A stretch of DNA of 63,825 nt, counting the filler, from Octopus bimaculoides (taxonomy: Eukaryota): the NCBI RefSeq assembly GCF_001194135.2. It is 8 parts of 7 records of this genome, joined end to end, with 100 filler letters (N's around TTAATTAATTAA, not from the genome) between each part and the next. Parts side by side here need not be neighbours in the genome. Positions count along the whole stretch, not along the records: positions 51,415 to 59,144 come from NC_068990.1; positions 59,245 to 61,872 come from NC_069004.1; positions 61,973 to 63,825 come from NW_026351644.1; 5 more parts are not named here. One strand, 5' to 3'. Numbering within the stretch: the stretch's first letter is position 1; every line of letters starts with the position of its first letter. A program made the position numbers and the translations under genes. The notes beneath the pieces were generated by a model. The model saw only the letters and a list, made by a program, of their open reading frames with translations. It ran no database searches and was not told the origin of the DNA. Shown piece after piece: positions 52,218 to 63,825 of this stretch.

Positions 52218-53395
52218 GCTTTCTTTACCACTCCACTCCCGTACTTACATATTTCTATTTATCGTCTGCCTTCCTTTCATTTTCTATTATTCAGTCATTC
52301 ATACACTTGTTTTCGCTTTTGTTGGCTTTTCTTCGGAGTTCTTTCTCTGTATTTCTTACTGACTAAACTGTTTGAATAAACTTTGTGTGGATTTCTTCCA
52401 ATATTGACATAATATCCTTTCTTATTTGTCACCAATACCCCCGCATCTTTTCCTTCCATCCATCTTCTCCAGATTTCACGCCTGCTTTGAGTTGAACTGA
52501 CGATGACAGGAAACTTCATCGTTTTGACAACTTCACAGTGATGGCTTTTGGTGGTAAGGAGAAAAATTCTTGCAAACAGTGAGATATTGCTTTCAAAGAG
52601 TTACGTGCCTCTCTTTAGCTTCAGCAAAGAGAATATCACTCCAAATTAATCAAGCGAGACGAAGGAGAAGTTTTACAGAGGAATGGTACGAAAATATTTG
52701 CGCAAGTTTAAAATTTTCTCGCTTATAAGTGCGACAATGAAAGAAATCAAATCGAAAAAGAATGCAATATGAGAATTCGAAATAGTAGAAAAGGCCGAGA
52801 AGGGTCTAGATAAGGAGATAGCAAAGTGTCAGGTTTGAAGAAAGAGACACATACGAATCGACAAGAGACAAGTGAAGGGTTTGTTTAGAAGAAATGGAGA
52901 GAAAAAAATAGAAATGGTTTTAGATTTTGCTTTGTGTTTTGTTTTGTTATATTTGCTTTTGTTCTCGTTTTATCAATTAGATCAAAGAGAGAATGAGAGA
53001 ATTACCTGAAAAGAATGAGAGGAAAATAATAGAAAAATAGAAGTGACGACGAGTTGGTTGTATGGATAGGAAGACGAAGGGAAACAATTATGATAACAAC
53101 AACGATGGTAACGAGAACAAGAAGAACAACATAAGAATAAGAATGAGAACGAGAATATTGAAATGAATTTGTCGTTGGTGGACCTGACTCAGCAACAATG
53201 TAGAGTTTGTTACAATGTTGTTACGTTGACGGGTTTTAAAAAGCTGAATGTGAAGAAGTTTGAATGGAAAGAATGAAAGAAATTGGCATTATTACATGTA
53301 GAGAAATAAGAAATTGGTGGCAGATTTTGGTATGATTATATATGTATATATGTATGTGTTTGTCTCTGTGTGTGTATGTGTGTGTATGTATATAT

Positions 53396-53494
<99 letters not shown>

Positions 53495-54442
53495 NNNNNN
53501 NNNNNNNNNNNNNNNNNNNNNNNNNNNNNNNNNNNNNNNNNNNNNNNNNNNNNNNNNNNNNNNNNNNNNNNNNNNNNNNNNNNNNNNNNNNNNNNNNNNN
53601 NNNNNNNNNNNNNNNNNNNNNNNNNNNNNNNNNNNNNNNNNNNNNNNNNNNNNNNNNNNNNNNNNNNNNNNNNNNNNNNNNNNNNNNNNNNNNNNNNNNN
53701 NNNNNNNNNNNNNNNNNNNNNNNNNNNNNNNNNNNNNNNNNNNNNNNNNNNNNNNNNNNNNNNNNNNNNNNNNNNNNNNNNNNNNNNNNNNNNNNNNNNN
53801 NNNNNNNNNNNNNNNNNNNNNNNNNNNNNNNNNNNNNNNNNNNNNNNNNNNNNNNNNNNNNNNNNNNNNNNNNNNNNNNNNNNNNNNNNNNNNNNNNNNN
53901 NNNNNNNNNNNNNNNNNNNNNNNNNNNNNNNNNNNNNNNNNNNNNNNNNNNNNNNNNNNNNNNNNNNNNNNNNNNNNNNNNNNNNNNNNNNNNNNNNNNN
54001 NNNNNNNNNNNNNNNNNNNNNNNNNNNNNNNNNNNNNNNNNNNNNNNNNNNNNNNNNNNNNNNNNNNNNNNNNNNNNNNNNNNNNNNNNNNNNNNNNNNN
54101 NNNNNNNNNNNNNNNNNNNNNNNNNNNNNNNNNNNNNNNNNNNNNNNNNNNNNNNNNNNNNNNNNNNNNNNNNNNNNNNNNNNNNNNNNNNNNNNNNNNN
54201 NNNNNNNNNNNNNNNNNNNNNNNNNNNNNNNNNNNNNNNNNNNNNNNNNNNNNNNNNNNNNNNNNNNNNNNNNNNNNNNNNNNNNNNNNNNNNATATATA
54301 TATATATATATACGCATGTATATGTATGCATGTATGTATGTATTATGTATGTATGTACGCATTTATGTATGCATGTATGTGTTATGTATGTATGTATGTA
54401 TGTATGTATGTATGTACGTACGTACGTGTGTATGTATGTGTA

Positions 54443-55657
54443 CAGGGTGTTCGGGTTAAATTTCACAGTTTGCTTAAAAGAGAAAGAAAATACAAAATCT
54501 CATCCAAAAATTAAAATCTTTTTAAAACATCAAAAAATATCAACCAGATTATGGCTGAGATGTAACTGTTTCGCACCTAGTAGCCGCCCGCAGCTTCCAC
54601 CACGGACTGAAGATATCTCAGGAATATGGCGTGTGTAGTTCTCATCATGTCCCTGGAAAGATCTCCGAACATTTCCTTGATCTTGGCCAACAGGTCAGCC
54701 TTGGAGTTGCAGGCGGAGTGGCTGGTGTCTTTCTCAATCACACCCTGCACACACTATAATCCATGGGATTGCAATCGTGTCAATTAAGAGACTGGAAATT
54801 GGGGCCGGAGGAGTCGTATATATATTCTCCGACAACCACTTCTGCCACTTTCTGGAGCTATGCAAAGAAACCGAATCCTACAGCCACACATATGACCTTC
54901 CACTTACAATCCTCTCCAGTCAGGGTTTGACAACAGTCTCCAACAGTTTGACATGGCCATCTGAACTGAGTCTAAGGCCCTGTGCAAAGAGTGGATCGGC
55001 ATGACATCACCCTCACTGGAGACACACACTTAAAAACTATCACAGTTGGGGGGAACTCGATTTTCATGATACGTGGAACACTATATGTATTGTAGGTAAG
55101 CAACCAGTTCTTTTGGGTATTGTGCAACCGGTCATTGCAGAAGTTCTTTTCATATGAGAAGAACTGGATCATCTCCGGCTCAACAGGATGTCTCAGCTTG
55201 TTCAAAAACTTCTTTGCCTCCTTGACCGTTGCTGTCATAATTTATTCGTCGCACCTCTTGTACTAGTGGTAGCAAAAGTCTGCATTCAGGGCCAAATTCA
55301 TGGTCGTGACTCCGGCATGCATCTCTCTCGACAAAGCCCGAACTCCTTTGCTCGGATCTTCCATCACCTTGTCTTGCAGTTGTTGGATGAATTTCGGCGT
55401 CGCTTCCTGCTGACCACGGCTTTGTAGTCTCCGTTGCAGCTGCTTGCGTCACGGCCTACAGTCCACAGAGCATTGAGTAGAAGCCATGACGTCATCGTTT
55501 TGATACCCGAGGCAATTCTTCGTAAGACAGCTACCTTTTTCTCAACTACAGCTTGAATGTTTATGCGCTCCAATGCCGTTGACTGTTCACCAATACGTTA
55601 AACCGATCCTGAAAACAGGAGACATAAAAAATCGTTAAATTCAACCCAAACACTTTA
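54443..55657 (-). mobile_element. Full-length but decayed Tc1/mariner (maT/DD37D-like) element, ~1.2 kb
   Basis: TA on both sides. Imperfect 24-bp TIRs: CAGGGTGTTCGGGTTAAATTTCAC versus TAAAGTGTTTGGGTTGAATTTAAC (reverse complement of the right end). Transposase fragments include KFLNKLRHP..MIQFFSYEKNF. Confidence 0.85.
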
Positions 55658-55831
55658 TATATATAATACACAAATATGTATGTATGTATGTATGTATATT
55701 CATGCGTGTGTATATATTTGTGTTATATAATTCATGCATATGAATATATATGTATATTCGTATGCCTATAAATACATTCCTGTCTCTATCATATGCATAA
55801 ATATATGTGCATATAAGTGTGTGTGTGTGTA

Positions 55832-55879
<48 letters not shown>

Positions 55880-56039
55880 TGCATGTGTGTGTGTGTTGTC
55901 TCTTGATTTGAACGTGTATGTTAAACATCGTTTCGTCACGCATCTGTGAACTGGTCATTGACGCAAAATTTCATTGACACGCCATTTTCTATTAAGCGAT
56001 ATACATCGAAAATGAATACAAGAAAGGTCTTTATATTTA

Positions 56040-56101
<62 letters not shown>

Positions 56102-57214
56102 CACACATGTATATGTATTTATACATACATATATGTTTGTAAATGAATAGGTTTATGTGTACACGGATATATATGTGTGTGTGTATATACATATATACAT
56201 ATATACATATATGAAGTGTAAAATTGAAAGGTAAAAAAGAAATGTGCTGATCTGGTCTGATACTGGTATGGCTTAGCAGAATAAAACCATTTGTCGAAAG
56301 AATTACCGAAGCTACTAAATAAATAAAATGAGACAAAAATATACTTTTTTGAAGCCGTACAAATCTTACTGTATTTTAAACGTCTAATTCCGAAAAGAAT
56401 TGAATGAAAACTTTTCAGTGTTAAAATAACAAAAACCTGAATTACTCAACAAGATTGGATATTTCGTTGCTACTTATTCTCCGCTGTAGGGATCTTTTCA
56501 TTCACATAACATTTGACTTCTTTTGCTCTGCACTTGTATTATTTCTTCATTAGAATCGATTTCGTTTCGTTTCTGTTCGTTTCTTTTCTTTTCGTTTCGT
56601 TTCTATTCGTTTCTTTTTTTTTTCGTTTCGTTTCTTTTGTATTATTATTTTTTTTTTCGTATTATTTCTTATTGTTTGTGTTCTTTTTTAAAAGAATATA
56701 TGTTATTTTTACATCGAATCTAATTCAGGTTATTCATTTAAGAATTGGATTGTTTATAAAGTAGAGAGAAAAGGAAAATAAATATGAGAGCGCATAAAAA
56801 AAAAAAAAAGAATGGAAGAGGTAAATACAAGCAAATACAAACATTTTTCAAACAAGTCAAGAAGGAAAGAGAACTCGTGCTTGAATATAATATCACTATG
56901 GATTTTTTTTCTTTTTAGTTTTGTGACGACCGAATGTGTGAGAGTTTGTAGGAGTTGATCGAAGTCTTACAATCAAAGGAAACCTACGATTGTCATTAAA
57001 TTTCCTGGATAATTACACAATCACACACACACACAAGCATCTGCAATATGTTTGTCTGTCTCACTGTCACTCAGTCTCTGTATTTCTCTCTTCAACACAC
57101 ACACAACGCAAACACCCAAGAATAAGCAAGATTTACCCCGATAAAAACGCTAAAACGAATAGTACATCATTTGTATATATGAGTGTATGTATACTTGTAT
57201 GCGTACGTGTGTGT

Positions 57215-57259
<45 letters not shown>

Positions 57260-58067
57260 CTCTCTGTCTCTCACACACACACTTTTCTTTTTCTCGCCCT
57301 GTGCAATGACTATAACTTATATCAGACATTTTTTTACTTAAGCCCTTGGATTCATACTTCCGGTTTTACTTAAGCTCCAGAATTCATACCTTTGGTTTCT
57401 ATGGCGGCTTTGTGACTGAGATCACATTTTCCTTGCTTGGGATACCAAATGATTGCAGGGTACTTAAGAAATACAGTTATTACTTAAGTTTCATATTGAA
57501 ATTGAAGACTTACAGACATAGCCTTTACATACTTCACACAACAACAAAATACTCATTCCTATGAGAAATGACACAGCATTTTGTGATTGTAGTGCAACAG
57601 CCATTACTTTCGTTATATTAATAAAGCTATCACCCGTAATTTTACTGTGTAGATGAGCAGTAGAATCTAATTAGAAAAGTGTGAAATCGTGTTATTTGGT
57701 ATTAAAATTATAGTTATCAGTTTGAGAAATGGATTTATGTATAACATGTCTGTTTTGAGAATTATATGTATGTGATTTTAAAATTTTAACAGGCTACCAA
57801 AAACAAAATCTTTTTCTGTGTGAAATGTGGTTTATATGCTATATCTTGTTTAGTATAAGGCGGCGAGCTGGCGGCGAAATGCTTAGCGGTATTTCGTCTG
57901 TCTTTATGTTCTGAGTTCAAATTCCGCCGAGGTCGACTTTGCCTTTCATCCTTTCGGGGTGGATAAATTAAGTAAGGACGTAAGGACGGACAAAATGCTG
58001 CAAAGCATTTGCTCTGGAGTGCTAACGAATCTGCCGCCTTAATAATAACAATAATAACAATAATAAC

Positions 58068-58166
<99 letters not shown>

Positions 58167-58722
58167 AATAATAATAATAATAATAATCATAATAATAATA
58201 ATAATAATAATAATAATATGCAGTACCAGGCAGTGGCCTTCATGGTTTCTGATCTTAATTGATTGGAAGTGTTATCATGTACGTTGTTTTGTCTTGCTAT
58301 AAAAGATGGGCTTCAGCAAATATTCTGCTTAATACTACAGATTTGCTTGTCACTCGTTTGACTTTAACCAGTTGAGCATGTTCCTTGGTGGCTGACGATA
58401 TGTGCATCTCTGATCATGAGCAGAAGTAGTGGGGGAGCATCATAGCCATGTGCTGAGAGGAGTTCTTTGGGGTTTGAATAATTCACCTTTGGAAACATGG
58501 GTGTTTTGCTAAATATCCTTAAACAAACCTTATTCAGGGACCTTTTGAGCGGGATGGGCTACTCGACCTGAAGAAAATTCTAACTGGGCCCCACCCGCAA
58601 GGTCATGCGCTGTTTATCTTGATATGAGATCACCATGTCGCGCACATATGGTTGTGATGCATGTGCCTGGTGTACCCTTATCAGACGGGTAGTCATGATG
58701 GGTATAATGGGCNNNNNNNNNN

Positions 58723-58811
58723 AAGAAGAAGAAGAAGAAGAAGAAGAAGAAGAAGAAGAAGAAGAAGAAGAAGAAGAAGAAGAAGAAGAAGAAGAAGAAG
58801 AAGAAGAAGAA
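58723..58811. repeat. (AAG)n microsatellite
   Basis: Seen directly. (TA)n, (CA)n, (CT)n and (TATG)n tracts border nearly every N gap in the window. Confidence 0.95.
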
Positions 58812-59243
58812 GGCCTTCTTTTATTGTGACAGGGGCATCAGATGAGGGGAGCACGAATTATTTCTTTTATTCGCCACAATAATAATAAAAGCCGCGGCAC
58901 CAGCAGCAACATCAACAACAGCGCTGTATATAGCAGCGATAGGAGAAATTTTAAGTAATTGGTGTCGAGTGTTAATTAATATACAGAAGAGAGAAGTCAT
59001 GTAACAAACGTTGCGATATCACCTGATAACAACAACAGCAAAAATCAACAACAACAACAATGATAATGATAATAATGATAATGATAATAATGATAATTAC
59101 AATAAATTGATACAAAGATAAATAGAAACTAATTATATATATATNNNNNNNNNNNNNNNNNNNNNNNNNNNNNNNNNNNNNNNNNNNNTTAATTAATTAA
59201 NNNNNNNNNNNNNNNNNNNNNNNNNNNNNNNNNNNNNNNNNNN

Positions 59244-59410
59244 NCACCCACTACACTCTCTGAGTGGTTGGCGTTAGGAAGGGCATCCAGCTGTAGAAAC
59301 TCTGCCAAATCAGACTGGAGCCTGGTGTTGCCATCCGGTTTCACCAGTCCTCAGTCAAATCGTCCAACCCATGCTAGCATGGAAAGCGGACGTTAAACGA
59401 TGATGATGAT
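59244..59410 (+). mobile_element. RTE-type LINE/SINE 3' end
   Basis: GGTTGGCGTTAGGAAGGGCATCCAGCTGTAGAAAC...GCATGGAAAGCGGACGTTAAAC followed by a (GAT)n tail; family assignment from memory of RTE-like 3' UTRs. Confidence 0.6.
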
Positions 59411-59427
59411 ATATATAGGCGATCTTT

Positions 59428-59683
59428 CAGTAGTAGATCCCATAACTTCCGGTCGTTGTGTGCATGCATACTGATTACCTTATCGTGTAGTGTGTTTTAT
59501 GTTTTTAAATGACTTGAAAATATGAAAAGACAACATTAAATAGAAAAAATAATAATAAATGGCCCACTAAACTCGAACCTTCTCCCCTCAGATTCGTACA
59601 GTTCTCAAACTTTAAACACTCTATACGAAAAGGTAAACAGTATGCGTGCGCACAACAACTGGAAGCTATGGGATCTAGTACCG
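59428..59683. mobile_element. MITE-like element with ~70-bp imperfect terminal inverted repeats
   Basis: 59428-59500 (CAGTAGTAGATCCCATAACTTCCGGTCGTTGTGTGCATGCATACTG...) matches the reverse complement of ~59612-59683. Confidence 0.7.
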
Positions 59684-59689
59684 GATGGT

Positions 59690-59935
59690 CACCATTAAAT
59701 CCATCATGGCGTCTAATGCGGCTTTTTAAACCAGAGAATGTATTGAAAAGACACCCACAGAGATTGCACGTCCGATTTGGACCACCAAGAGTTGCAGATA
59801 AGTTATGATCTTTGTGAATCTTAAAATGTCTTTTGAATCCTCCGTTAGATTTGCAGACCTTATGGCATTCATGGCATTGAAAGGTGTACACAGGTAAATA
59901 AGCAGAGTAAGTTGGTGCCTGTTCGTTTTTCATGG
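59690..59935 (-). mobile_element. C-terminal C2H2-zinc-finger region of an RTE-like LINE remnant
   Basis: CHECHKVCKSNGGFKRHFKIH and CNLC..FNTFSGLKSRIRRH, without TGEKP linkers. The same sequence recurs at 27749-27872, so it is a dispersed repeat. Confidence 0.6.
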
Positions 59936-61055
59936 CTCCCTTTATCCTTTTGTTTATTACATATAACTAGTTCAAGAATAGGAGCTTAATTAGTTTACAG
60001 CTGATAACAATTCCTGTTTGCCTTTTATTTGATTCTCTACCTTTCTGTTGCTTTATTCTGAAACCAGTGGTTTCTTTTGTTCTGACAACTGTCTAAACGA
60101 AATCACACGTTTAAAAAAAGCAAATGAGAAAAAGTGTACACTTCAGATAAAGTCGAATGTATTTATTAATGTGAAGCCGATAATTCGCATGTGTGATTCT
60201 TCTGGTCAATATTTACAAGACGTGACAAAATTCCCAGACGTGACAAAAAATCGAACGATTTCTCAAGAAACAAATCAATACATGCAAGGGAAGTAACTCT
60301 GTTATGAGTTTTTCTGTAATAATTTTTGTTTGCTTCTCTACGTTCTGTAACCGGCTTTTTGAATTAAAAGGAAAAAAAACCCTTTAATATACCCGTTGCT
60401 CAATATTTTCCTCTGTTGTATCAGATATTCCCTGAGGTTATAAAGTAAACTCTAATTATAGTTATATGTTGCAAATAAACTAAAACATTCCCCAGGGCAA
60501 AGTGATGACGCAGGCTGGAAAGCAGACCGTTCTCCAATCGAAGTTGGACGAAGGGGATTCATATAATCTTAAAGGGAAAAGGGTTACTTTTGTTTTTGAT
60601 TACTTCAAGCAACTGATTTATTGTGTTCTTGCAAACGATCAATAACCCAAATTATTTTGAGATTAGCTTGTTTCCTCACCATGGGGTCATCAGTTCAATC
60701 CCATTGCATGGAACCGTGAGTAAGTTTTCTCTACTAAAGCTCCAGGCCGGCCGGCGGGCGAAATTTTCTAGTAAATTATGCAAATTGGCAACACTTTTGG
60801 CACCATCTGTGAGAAGGTCTCCATTCATTTTATACACTAAATTTCGCAGTTGTCTCCCCTATTAATCCGTTTAGAACAGATTCTGCTATAACGCAAATTT
60901 TCCACTGAACTCAACCAGAGTATTTTCGTGACTAGGTGGACACTAATTTGATAGTTGAGCTCTGACTGGCTGTATGTAAATGAGTTTATAACCTTGTTGC
61001 TGGATTTTGTACATGGAAACAGCCTGGAAGCCCTGTGTGTGCGTACGTGTGTGTA

Positions 61056-61298
61056 GTGGAGGCGCAATGGCCCAGTGGTTAGGGCAGCGGACTCGCGGTC
61101 ATAGGATTGCGGTTTCGATTCCCAGACCGGGCGTTGTGAGTGTTTATTGAGCGAAAACACCTAAAGCTCCACGATGTTCCGGCAGGGGATGGTGGCGAAC
61201 CCTGCTGTACTCTTTCACAACTTTCTCTCACTCTTACTTCCGTTGATCAGATCGACTGGAACCGTCGACGTCGTAAGCGACGGAGTGCCAACAACAAC
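61056..61298 (+). mobile_element. tRNA-headed SINE family C (head resembles tRNA-Arg), internally deleted
   Basis: GTGGAGGCGCAATGGCCCAGTGGTTAGGG...GGTTTCGATTCCC A and B boxes, continuing into a non-tRNA body and a (CAA)n tail. Confidence 0.8.
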
Positions 61299-61591
61299 AT
61301 GTGTGTGTGTGTGTGTGTGTGTGTGCGTGCATGCCTTTGTAGCTCTTAATAGTCAGTGTTCCTGTAACTTAGTGGCTCAGAAATAAGAGATTGATAGAAT
61401 ATGTACCAGGCTGAAAAGAAAAATGAACAAGTACTTGAATCTATTTGCTGGATTAAAACCGTCCAGAGTGGTGCCCCAGCATGGCCACAGTCCAAGAGAA
61501 TGATAAAATATGTGAATGTGTTTGTGAATGCTATCATTTATGCACAAACACTCTTAGTATATGCCATCCTACATATATACATACATATACA

Positions 61592-61639
<48 letters not shown>

Positions 61640-61653
61640 TACATACATACATA

Positions 61654-61760
61654 TAGCTCTGCATTTAACAATGTAATGATTGCATTGTTGAATTAAATGG
61701 AGCCACTTGAAACTGTTGTACCTTATCACTTTCTGATATCCTGTTGCTTATTTTGATTTT
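61654..61760 (+). mobile_element. Isolated fragment of the same Penelope-like pseudo-LTR
   Basis: Aligns with ~29699-29810 (tagctctgcatttaa...ttaaatggagccacttgaaactgttgtac...gatatcctgttgcttattttgatttt). Confidence 0.8.
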
Positions 61761-61825
61761 ACACATACATATATGTACACACACACACACATATGTATAT
61801 ATATGCATACATATATATATAAGTA

Positions 61826-61872
<47 letters not shown>

Positions 61873-62255
61873 NNNNNNNNNNNNNNNNNNNNNNNNNNNN
61901 NNNNNNNNNNNNNNNNTTAATTAATTAANNNNNNNNNNNNNNNNNNNNNNNNNNNNNNNNNNNNNNNNNNNNCTCCATTAAGACACTCCTTCCTTGCTCA
62001 TCACTCCTCCTACTTTGGTCATCCTATACTTGACACCAGTTATTTCAATCGGCCCTTTCTCACCAGAACACTAACTTTCCAGATTTCATTTTTCTCATCC
62101 GCCACGTTTTACCAGCCACCATCTGCAATTGTTCGAGTGGAACATTAAATGTATTGATGTCATCAGTTTCAGAGAACCTGGGAAATCCATGGCCATTGCT
62201 CTTCCACCAGATTATTAAATAAAAAAAAACTAAAAATAGAAAAGCCAAAACTTAC

Positions 62256-62378
62256 CGCAGTTAGTTTCATCAGATCCATCACCACAATCGTCATATTGGT
62301 TACATCGCCACTTGTTTAGGACGCATTTTTGATTGTCACAGCGAAATTCAGCTTCAGTACAATCACGATATTTGTTTT
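62256..62378 (-). CDS. LDL-receptor class A (LDLa) repeat exon of an unidentified gene
   Basis: Acceptor aaactttAG and donor G|GTAAGT; 123 bp, phase 1-1. Reads (E)[40 protein letters not shown], with 6 Cys and the D-C-x-D-G-S-D-E calcium-cage motif. Confidence 0.88.
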
Positions 62379-63142
62379 CTAAAGTTTTGATAGAAGAGAA
62401 AAAGTGAGATAAAGAAAACAGAAAGAAGGTAAAAATGAAGACTCAACCTTTACAATCTATGGTAATCAAAAGCCTATTTTCTGTTCTATAACTGGATTGG
62501 ATAGGTTTGAACTGCCTATGTTCAGAGCATTGCAGAACAAAGGCCTCAACATGTNNNNNNNNNNNNNNNNNNNNNNNNNNNNNNNNNNNNNNNNNNNNNN
62601 NNNNNNNNNNNNNNNNNNNNNNNNNNNNNNNNNNNNNNNNNNNNNNNNNNNNNNNNNNNNNNNNNNNNNNNNNNNNNNNNNNNNNNNNNNNNNNNNNNNN
62701 NNNNNNNNNNNNNNNNNNNNNNNNNNNNNNNNNNNNNNNNNNNNNNNNNNNNNNNNNNNNNNNNNNNNNNNNNNNNNNNNNNNNNNNNNNNNNNNNNNNN
62801 NNNNNNNNNNNNNNNNNNNNNNNNNNNNNNNNNNNNNNNNNNNNNNNNNNNNNNNNNNNNNNNNNNNNNNNNNNNNNNNNNNNNNNNNNNNNNNNNNNNN
62901 NNNNNNNNNNNNNNNNNNNNNNNNNNNNNNNNNNNNNNNNNNNNNNNNNNNNNNNNNNNNNNNNNNNNNNNNNNNNNNNNNNNNNNNNNNNNNNNNNNNN
63001 NNNNNNNNNNNNNNNNNNNNNNNNNNNNNNNNNNNNNNNNNNNNNNNNNNNNNNNNNNNNNNNNNNNNNNNNNNNNNNNNNNNNNNNNNNNNNNNNNNNN
63101 NNNNNNNNNNNNNNNNNNNNNNNNNNNNNNNNNNNNNNNNNN

Positions 63143-63182
63143 GTTTCACATTGGAACGAAGTCTCAGGACATGTTTGATTAG
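63143..63182 (-). CDS. 5' part of a second LDLa exon, running into the gap 62555-63142
   Basis: Acceptor ttttcatttaatttacAG, phase 1, then NQTCPETSFQCE, the typical C-x4-F-x-C start of an LDLa repeat. Only 40 nt are visible. Confidence 0.7.
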
Positions 63183-63539
63183 CTGTAAATTAAATGAAAA
63201 AAATGTTCATAACATTAAAAAGCATTAAATATACCATAAAAAAAAATAAACTCCATGCAAAATACACTCTTCTTTCCACCAAGATCAGCATTGGTTTCCA
63301 ATTTTGGCACAAGGCCAGAAATTTCAGGGGAGGGGACAAGTTGATTGCATCGACTCCAGTATGCAACTGGTATTTATTTTATCAACCCAGAAAGGATGAA
63401 AAGTAAAGTCATCCCCAACAGAATTTGAACTTAGAATGTAACGAGTTGGAAGAAATGCTGTAAATCCTTTTGGCCAGTGAGCTGATGATTCTGTCAGTTT
63501 GCTGCCTTCATCAAGATCAATATTAAAATTAGTGATGCA

Positions 63540-63800
63540 GATATCATCATCATCATCTTCATCATCTTTTATCAGCCACTTTTCTATGCTTGCATGGATC
63601 AGACGGAATTTAGTTGAAGCAGATTTTTTTTATGGCAGGATACTCTTCCTGTCACCAATTCTCACCTGTTTCCAAGTAAGGAAAATATTTTCCCAAAACC
63701 AGACATGGTTTACATTGGAAGACAGGACATAAATAATAATCCCACTTGTATGATGGGGATATTTGTTTACAACATCACATGATGTCAAGGCAAGGGTATA
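63540..63800 (-). mobile_element. Related RTE-tail repeat in reverse orientation
   Basis: (CAT)n tail followed by CCACTTTCTATGCTTGCATGG...GGCAGGATACTCTTCCTGTCACCAA, the reverse complement of motifs at 59244-59410. Confidence 0.5.
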
Positions 63801-63825
63801 CACGCACGCATGCAGACTTGCATGC

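Noticed and set aside
52473-52553. Plus-strand exon with a strong acceptor and GTAAGG donor
   Set aside because: Stop codons in all three frames and no partner exons; a non-coding exon cannot be excluded or supported.
2374-54514. Many long ORFs in the supplied track (YIYI, CVCV, THTH, X-runs)
   Set aside because: They are translations of microsatellites and N gaps with no domain content.
57390-57462. Minus-strand exon YPAIIWYPKQGKCDLSHKAAIETK as next exon of the LDLa gene
   Set aside because: Atypical AAG acceptor, phase 0 start incompatible with the phase-1 LDLa donor, and no recognisable domain.
59505-59933. C2H2 zinc-finger host gene
   Set aside because: No TGEKP linkers, second finger lacks its first His, no splice signals seen, C-terminus is MITE sequence, and a second decayed copy lies at 27749-27872.
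61056-61135. tRNA gene (also heads at ~30440-30517 and ~3575-3665)
   Set aside because: A and B boxes are present but continue into SINE bodies; no complete cloverleaf with an acceptor stem.
16212-61928. Seven identical TTAATTAATTAA motifs as a dispersed biological repeat
   Set aside because: Each is centred in a ~100-bp N block and gives stops in all six frames, so it is an assembly spacer.

Overview
Eukaryotic, AT-rich, microsatellite- and SINE-dense animal DNA with many N gaps. The repeat families resemble those I associate with octopod cephalopods (Octopus); this is inferred, not proven. Host coding sequence is on the minus strand. (1) A chitin deacetylase-like gene: an exon encoding a chitin-binding domain (CBM14/peritrophin-A-like) plus a Thr/Ser/Lys/Pro linker (37900 into the gap at 38308), spliced in phase 1 to a single 944-bp exon encoding a CE4 deacetylase domain with intact catalytic motifs (35444-34501). 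A frameshifted duplicate of its 5' end at about 39150-39300 preserves a probable signal peptide that is hidden by the gap in the real copy. (2) Two phase-1 LDL-receptor class A exons (63182 into a gap; 62378-62256) whose downstream exons I could not find. The largest mobile element is a ~4.3 kb Penelope-like retroelement (29053-33352). It has lost its RT core but keeps a GIY-YIG endonuclease, direct and inverted pseudo-LTRs, and hammerhead-ribozyme motifs. The rest is Tc1/mariner, pogo and hAT remnants, R4/Dong- and RTE-like LINE fragments, three tRNA-headed SINE families, fold-back elements and simple repeats. Seven N44-TTAATTAATTAA-N44 blocks are artificial scaffold joins, so long-range adjacency is uncertain. 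No rRNA, true tRNA or CRISPR array is supported. Repeat boundaries are hand-read and approximate unless TIR, TSD or splice junctions are quoted.
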